A stretch of DNA of 29,289 nt from a virus (taxonomy: Duplodnaviria; Caudoviricetes): positions 1 to 29,289 of IMG/VR virus record IMGVR_UViG_3300047669_000697, one strand, 5' to 3'. The position numbers were made by a program, and so were the translations under genes. The number at the start of each line of letters is the position of its first letter. Position 1 is the first letter of the stretch. Of this stretch, positions 26,014-29,289 are shown piece after piece. Under the pieces are notes generated by a model. The model saw only the letters and a program-made list of their open reading frames with translations. It was not told the DNA's origin and searched no databases.

Positions 26014-26463
26014 ATGGCAACGACAGTAACAAACGCAAACTTAACAGTAACAGTAACAGACACAGTTACTTTAAATGGACAATCTTATGGTAACACAAAC
26101 ACTTTAACTGTAGCTTCTATTGATGAAGTTTATAGTAGAGTAGTAGAAGTGCCTATTTCAGCATTTACACCTGTATTACAACTAGGATCTACAGGACAAG
26201 GGCAATTAACAGCAGCTAACTGTAAATATATTAGAATAACAAATTTAGATGATACTAATTATGTTAATCTAAAAGTTTTTGGAACAGATGCAATGGTAAT
26301 TAAACTAGAAGCTGGTAAATCTTTTATGTTAGGTGGTGTAAGTTTTGATGCAGCAGCAGCTGATATAGCTCAAGGAGCTGTTTCTCATAATTCAGCATTT
26401 GTAATTTCAGCAGAAGCTAGTGTAGCACCTTGTGATTTAGAGGTATTCGCAGCAACAATCTAA
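26014..26463 (+). CDS. Virion structural protein
   Basis: LTVTVTDTVTLNG.SYG and KYIRITNLDDTNYV motifs; beta-rich; strong A-rich leader. Confidence 0.65.
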   Translation: MATTVTNANLTVTVTDTVTLNGQSYGNTNTLTVASIDEVYSRVVEVPISAFTPVLQLGSTGQGQLTAANCKYIRITNLDDTNYVNLKVFGTDAMVIKLEAGKSFMLGGVSFDAAAADIAQGAVSHNSAFVISAEASVAPCDLEVFAATI

Positions 26464-26464
26464 A

Positions 26465-26941
26465 ATGAAATTAAAAGTTCTAAGATTTAGTAGTCAAGCT
26501 GATTGCACTAATGGATTGCTTTTTGAAGATTCTGATATTGGAATGATCTTCATAGCATATACATTAGAAGATGAGCATAGAGCTTTAAAAGTGAAGGGTG
26601 AAACAAGAATACCTTGTGGAACATATAACTTAAAATTTAGAAATGAAGGGGGTTTTAATGAAAGATATTCTAAAAGATTTCCAAACATACATAAAGGTAT
26701 GTTGGAAGTTTGTAATGTTAAAAACTTTAAATATGTTCTTATACATTGTGGTAATGATGATTCGCATACAGCTGGATGCCTTCTTGTGGGTGATTCGCAA
26801 GAGAATAATGTCATCATCAAAGATGGCTTCATTGGAAAATCCACTAATGCGTATAAAAGATTATATCCAGATATTGCAAGGCAATTAGAATTGGGGAATG
26901 AGGTTACTATTGAATACATAGATATGGATAGAAGAATTTAA
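26465..26941 (+). CDS. DUF5675-family putative endolysin (YkuD/L,D-peptidase-like His/Cys site)
   Basis: YTLED....KVKGETRIPCGTY, LIHCGN...TAGCLLVG. Followed by membrane-protein genes. Confidence 0.85.
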   Translation: MKLKVLRFSSQADCTNGLLFEDSDIGMIFIAYTLEDEHRALKVKGETRIPCGTYNLKFRNEGGFNERYSKRFPNIHKGMLEVCNVKNFKYVLIHCGNDDSHTAGCLLVGDSQENNVIIKDGFIGKSTNAYKRLYPDIARQLELGNEVTIEYIDMDRRI

Positions 26942-27192
26942 TGACAATGGCAACTAATAAAGATATAGTAAAAGAGATGGCACTAATGGAACAAAGGATA
27001 GATTCAATGGATGATAAATTAGAAAAAATGGATAAGAAGTTGGATATGCTGACTGAAAAGTTGCTAGATCCTGATTATGGTGTCGTTGCCAGAGTAAACA
27101 GGAACACTTCTTCTAGAAAAATACTAAGTAAATCTCTTTGGGTAATCTATGTTGCTATTATAGGGCTAATTATTAAAATGTTTTTAGGATGA
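26941..27192 (+). CDS. Coiled-coil + C-terminal TM protein (holin/XhlA-like); start may be 26947
   Basis: Heptad N-terminus, TM LWVIYVAIIGLIIKMFLG; lysis context. Confidence 0.6.
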   Translation: MTMATNKDIVKEMALMEQRIDSMDDKLEKMDKKLDMLTEKLLDPDYGVVARVNRNTSSRKILSKSLWVIYVAIIGLIIKMFLG

Positions 27193-27404
27193 AATCCCCA
27201 ATCAACTTTAAAGATTTTGCTGCCAATCCAATGGCAGGAGGATTGTTTTTTTGTTTAATTGCCATAGGATATTTATATATAGATAATAAAACTACACTAA
27301 CAAATCAAATTGAAGCTCTACAAGAAGAAGTCATAACTTTAAGAAGTGATTATAAAAAGTTAAACGATAAATTCATAGAAACTTTAGAAAATATTAATGA
27401 ATAA
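27189..27404 (+). CDS. N-terminal TM + coiled-coil protein (inner-spanin- or holin-like)
   Basis: TM MAGGLFFCLIAIGYLYI followed by heptads. Confidence 0.55.
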   Translation: MKSPINFKDFAANPMAGGLFFCLIAIGYLYIDNKTTLTNQIEALQEEVITLRSDYKKLNDKFIETLENINE

Positions 27405-27834
27405 GTTGTGTTTTATATTGTTGTTTACATTATCCTCATGCTTATCATCCGAAAAGCCTGTGGAAGAGATAAAATCTTCTAGCAATAATTTAGATAGTCT
27501 GTTTAGATCAGCAGATATGGCTGTTTTACAAATAATGACTAATAAAGAAGAAAAAACACTATTAGAGCAAGATTTGTGGAGAAAACAAAGAGATATTACG
27601 CTTTTAAACAATAAAGTAGATGCTTATCATGATAGTATGTTTGAAATGAGTGAATTAAGAATGGGTGATGATAGTGTACAATACAATTATAAGATAGTAT
27701 TAAAAACAATAATAGACACAGTAAGGATAAGTATTACAGATACAATTTGTAGCGTATGTGAAACAAAACAAAACAAAAAGGATAATAGATGGTACAAAAA
27801 AACTTTTAGGTGGATTAAAAACATAGAAATATAA
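27397..27834 (+). CDS. Lipoprotein with coiled coil (outer-spanin candidate)
   Basis: Signal MNKLCFILLFTLSS-C with lipobox LSSC; overlaps the upstream TM gene. Confidence 0.6.
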   Translation: MNKLCFILLFTLSSCLSSEKPVEEIKSSSNNLDSLFRSADMAVLQIMTNKEEKTLLEQDLWRKQRDITLLNNKVDAYHDSMFEMSELRMGDDSVQYNYKIVLKTIIDTVRISITDTICSVCETKQNKKDNRWYKKTFRWIKNIEI

Positions 27835-27890
27835 TGGCAAAAAAAAGAAAAAAGAAAATAGTGAAAAAACCTAGTTATCCTAATAAATAA
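27834..27890 (+). CDS. Basic micropeptide (18 aa; not in ORF track)
   Basis: MAKKRKKKIVKKPSYPNK; TAATG coupling; stops 5 nt before the holin ATG. Confidence 0.45.
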   Translation: MAKKRKKKIVKKPSYPNK

Positions 27891-27895
27891 ATAAT

Positions 27896-28288
27896 ATGAG
27901 TATATTAGGTAAAATATTTTCTAGTGGAGCTACAGAGCTTGTTAAAGGTGTTGGAGGTGTATTAGATAATTTAACAACAACTAAAAAAGAAAAGCTAGAA
28001 GCGGAAAGAAAGATTCAGGAGATAATACATTCTTATGAAACAAAAATGCAAGAAGAAGTTTCTAATAGATGGAACGCAGACATGAAATCAGACTCCTGGC
28101 TATCAAAAAATGTTAGACCAATTATACTATTATTTCTTGTTTTTAGTACAATCGTTTTAATTTTTATAGATGCAGGTTTAATAGACTTTTATGTAGAAGA
28201 TGCCTGGATTAACCTTCTACAATTAACTTTATTAACAGTGATAGGTGCATATTTTGGTGGAAGGAGCTGGGAAAAGGTTAAAAAATAG
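27896..28288 (+). CDS. Holin (GTA 3TM-holin-like family)
   Basis: RW.ADM.SDSWLSKNVRP, two clear TM segments, GAYFGGRSWEK. Confidence 0.85.
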   Translation: MSILGKIFSSGATELVKGVGGVLDNLTTTKKEKLEAERKIQEIIHSYETKMQEEVSNRWNADMKSDSWLSKNVRPIILLFLVFSTIVLIFIDAGLIDFYVEDAWINLLQLTLLTVIGAYFGGRSWEKVKK

Positions 28289-28301
28289 CTTATTATTACA
28301 T

Positions 28302-28433
28302 ATGGCAAAAAAGAAGAAGCTTAACAGTAAGAATCCTAAATACCTACCAAAAGAAAAAGTTAAAGAATATAAAAAGATAGTTGTCAAGGAGGTAAAGGGT
28401 TGTAAAATAACTTTAATATGGGAAAAAGACTAA
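28302..28433 (+). CDS. Small basic protein (43 aa)
   Basis: MAKKKKLNSKNPKY...; ATG 28302 is preferred over the track's start inside the holin gene. Confidence 0.6.
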   Translation: MAKKKKLNSKNPKYLPKEKVKEYKKIVVKEVKGCKITLIWEKD

Positions 28434-29289
28434 GATTATCAGATAAAGAGGTAGACATAATTTATCAGTATAGAGCTGATGATTTAGAAAACCTAAACCA
28501 CAATCTTACACACAATTCAGCATTAGATAATCATTTAATAGATAGAGGAATTGATAAAAAAGATGTGGTTTCAGTAAAGCATTGGCAAAATATGGGAGGA
28601 GAATTGAGATTTTCCGTAGTAACCAAAAATGCCCTAATAGATGAAAAAAGTGTTTTCAATAATGTTTTAAAACTTATAGAAGAAAATGCTCCTGAATATA
28701 AAAAAATTAAGCATAAAGACGGAACTCATCTATTAGTTATAAATCCAGCAGATGTCCATATAGGGAAATATGCAAACAAAAAGGAAACAGGCGAAGATTA
28801 TAACATAGAAATAGCCATAAATAGAGTTTTAATGGGTGTTAGTGGACTTATAAATAAAGCTAAAGGTTTTGATGTGGATAGAGTGTTATTTTGCATTGGC
28901 AACGATATTTTACATACAGATAATGTAATGTCATCAACAAGCAAAGGAACATACCAAGATACAGATGGTAAATGGTGGGAGCATTATGAAATTGCATTAA
29001 AAGTTTATGTTCAATGCGTAGAGATGTTAAGAGAAATTGCTCCTGTAGACTGTGTTCATTCAATGAGTAATCACGATTTTATGAGTGGATTTCACCTGGC
29101 ACACGCATTAAAAAGTTGGTTTAGAAATACAAATGATGTTACTGTTGATTGTGGTGTTTCTTCTCGTAAATATTATATATATGGTAGCAACTTAATAGGA
29201 CTAGAACATGGAGATGGTGCAAAAATGGATAAATTACCTCTTTTAATGGCATCTGAAAAACCTCAAGAATGGGCTAAAACCACTCATAG
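28418..29289 (+). CDS. Calcineurin-like metallophosphoesterase (3'-truncated; not in ORF track)
   Basis: Open frame MGKRLRLSDKE... to the window end with INPADVHIG (DxH), IGNDILH, SNHD and LEHGD motifs. Confidence 0.9.
   Translation, partial: MGKRLRLSDKEVDIIYQYRADDLENLNHNLTHNSALDNHLIDRGIDKKDVVSVKHWQNMGGELRFSVVTKNALIDEKSVFNNVLKLIEENAPEYKKIKHKDGTHLLVINPADVHIGKYANKKETGEDYNIEIAINRVLMGVSGLINKAKGFDVDRVLFCIGNDILHTDNVMSSTSKGTYQDTDGKWWEHYEIALKVYVQCVEMLREIAPVDCVHSMSNHDFMSGFHLAHALKSWFRNTNDVTVDCGVSSRKYYIYGSNLIGLEHGDGAKMDKLPLLMASEKPQEWAKTTH

Larger units (their letters stand above)
1..29289. mobile_element. Tailed dsDNA bacteriophage genome fragment (siphovirus-like, probable Bacteroidota host)
   Basis: Dense coding with tape measure, capsid, portal, prohead protease, fibres, lysis and replication genes. 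No host housekeeping genes and no sheath gene recognised. A-rich non-SD leaders (e.g. AAATAAATAAAATG). Confidence 0.95.

Noticed and set aside
28245-28301. Upstream start of the 62-aa ORF
   Set aside because: It lies inside the holin gene; ATG 28302 fits better.
1940-29063. Shadow ORFs in the track: 1940-2137, 12392-12757, 14645-15055, 15042-15245, 20093-20296, 22694-22945, 23123-23425, 25321-25554, 26494-26919, 26643-26888, 27384-27611, 28860-29063
   Set aside because: All lie antisense or out of frame within well-supported genes, with skewed composition and no motifs.
1-29289. Stop-codon reassignment, tRNA genes, integrase/att sites, introns or inteins
   Set aside because: The standard code gives near-complete coverage. 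Gaps are short with no cloverleaf seen, and conserved enzymes are of normal length.

Overview
The whole window is an AT-rich tailed dsDNA phage fragment, probably a siphovirus of a Bacteroidota (Flavobacteriia-like) host. The host call is inferred from A-rich, Shine-Dalgarno-free start contexts, TAnnTT(T)G-like -7 boxes and the style of the structural proteins. Layout: (+) partial tail protein, large tail-tip protein, tape measure, then a Cys-rich + HTH gene pair (1-8878). (-) A replication/early arm (8865-16874) with RusA, DUF3310-like, C5-cytosine methyltransferase, Twinkle/T7-gp4-like primase-helicase, replication initiator with internal iteron-like repeats, SSB, DnaA-domain-IV-like protein, putative annealing protein and several Zn-finger microproteins. 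A 123-bp divergent control region follows. (+) ClpP-type prohead protease/scaffold, major capsid, probable tail tube, portal, adaptor, fibres, LamG protein, lysis cassette and a partial metallophosphoesterase (16998-29289). No terminase, integrase, repressor, DNA polymerase, tRNA or CRISPR array was recognised. The most interesting signals are non-coding: (1) a TCCAC-N21-TAYATT promoter-like motif, present three times, that puts TCCAC where the opposing early promoter has host-type TTTG at the same spacing; (2) an H-type pseudoknot directly upstream of the SSB gene, reminiscent of T4 gene 32 autoregulation; (3) a terminator-like stem with a structured insert before the initiator gene that shares its stem with the capsid terminator. 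All family assignments are by motif recognition only; no searches were run.
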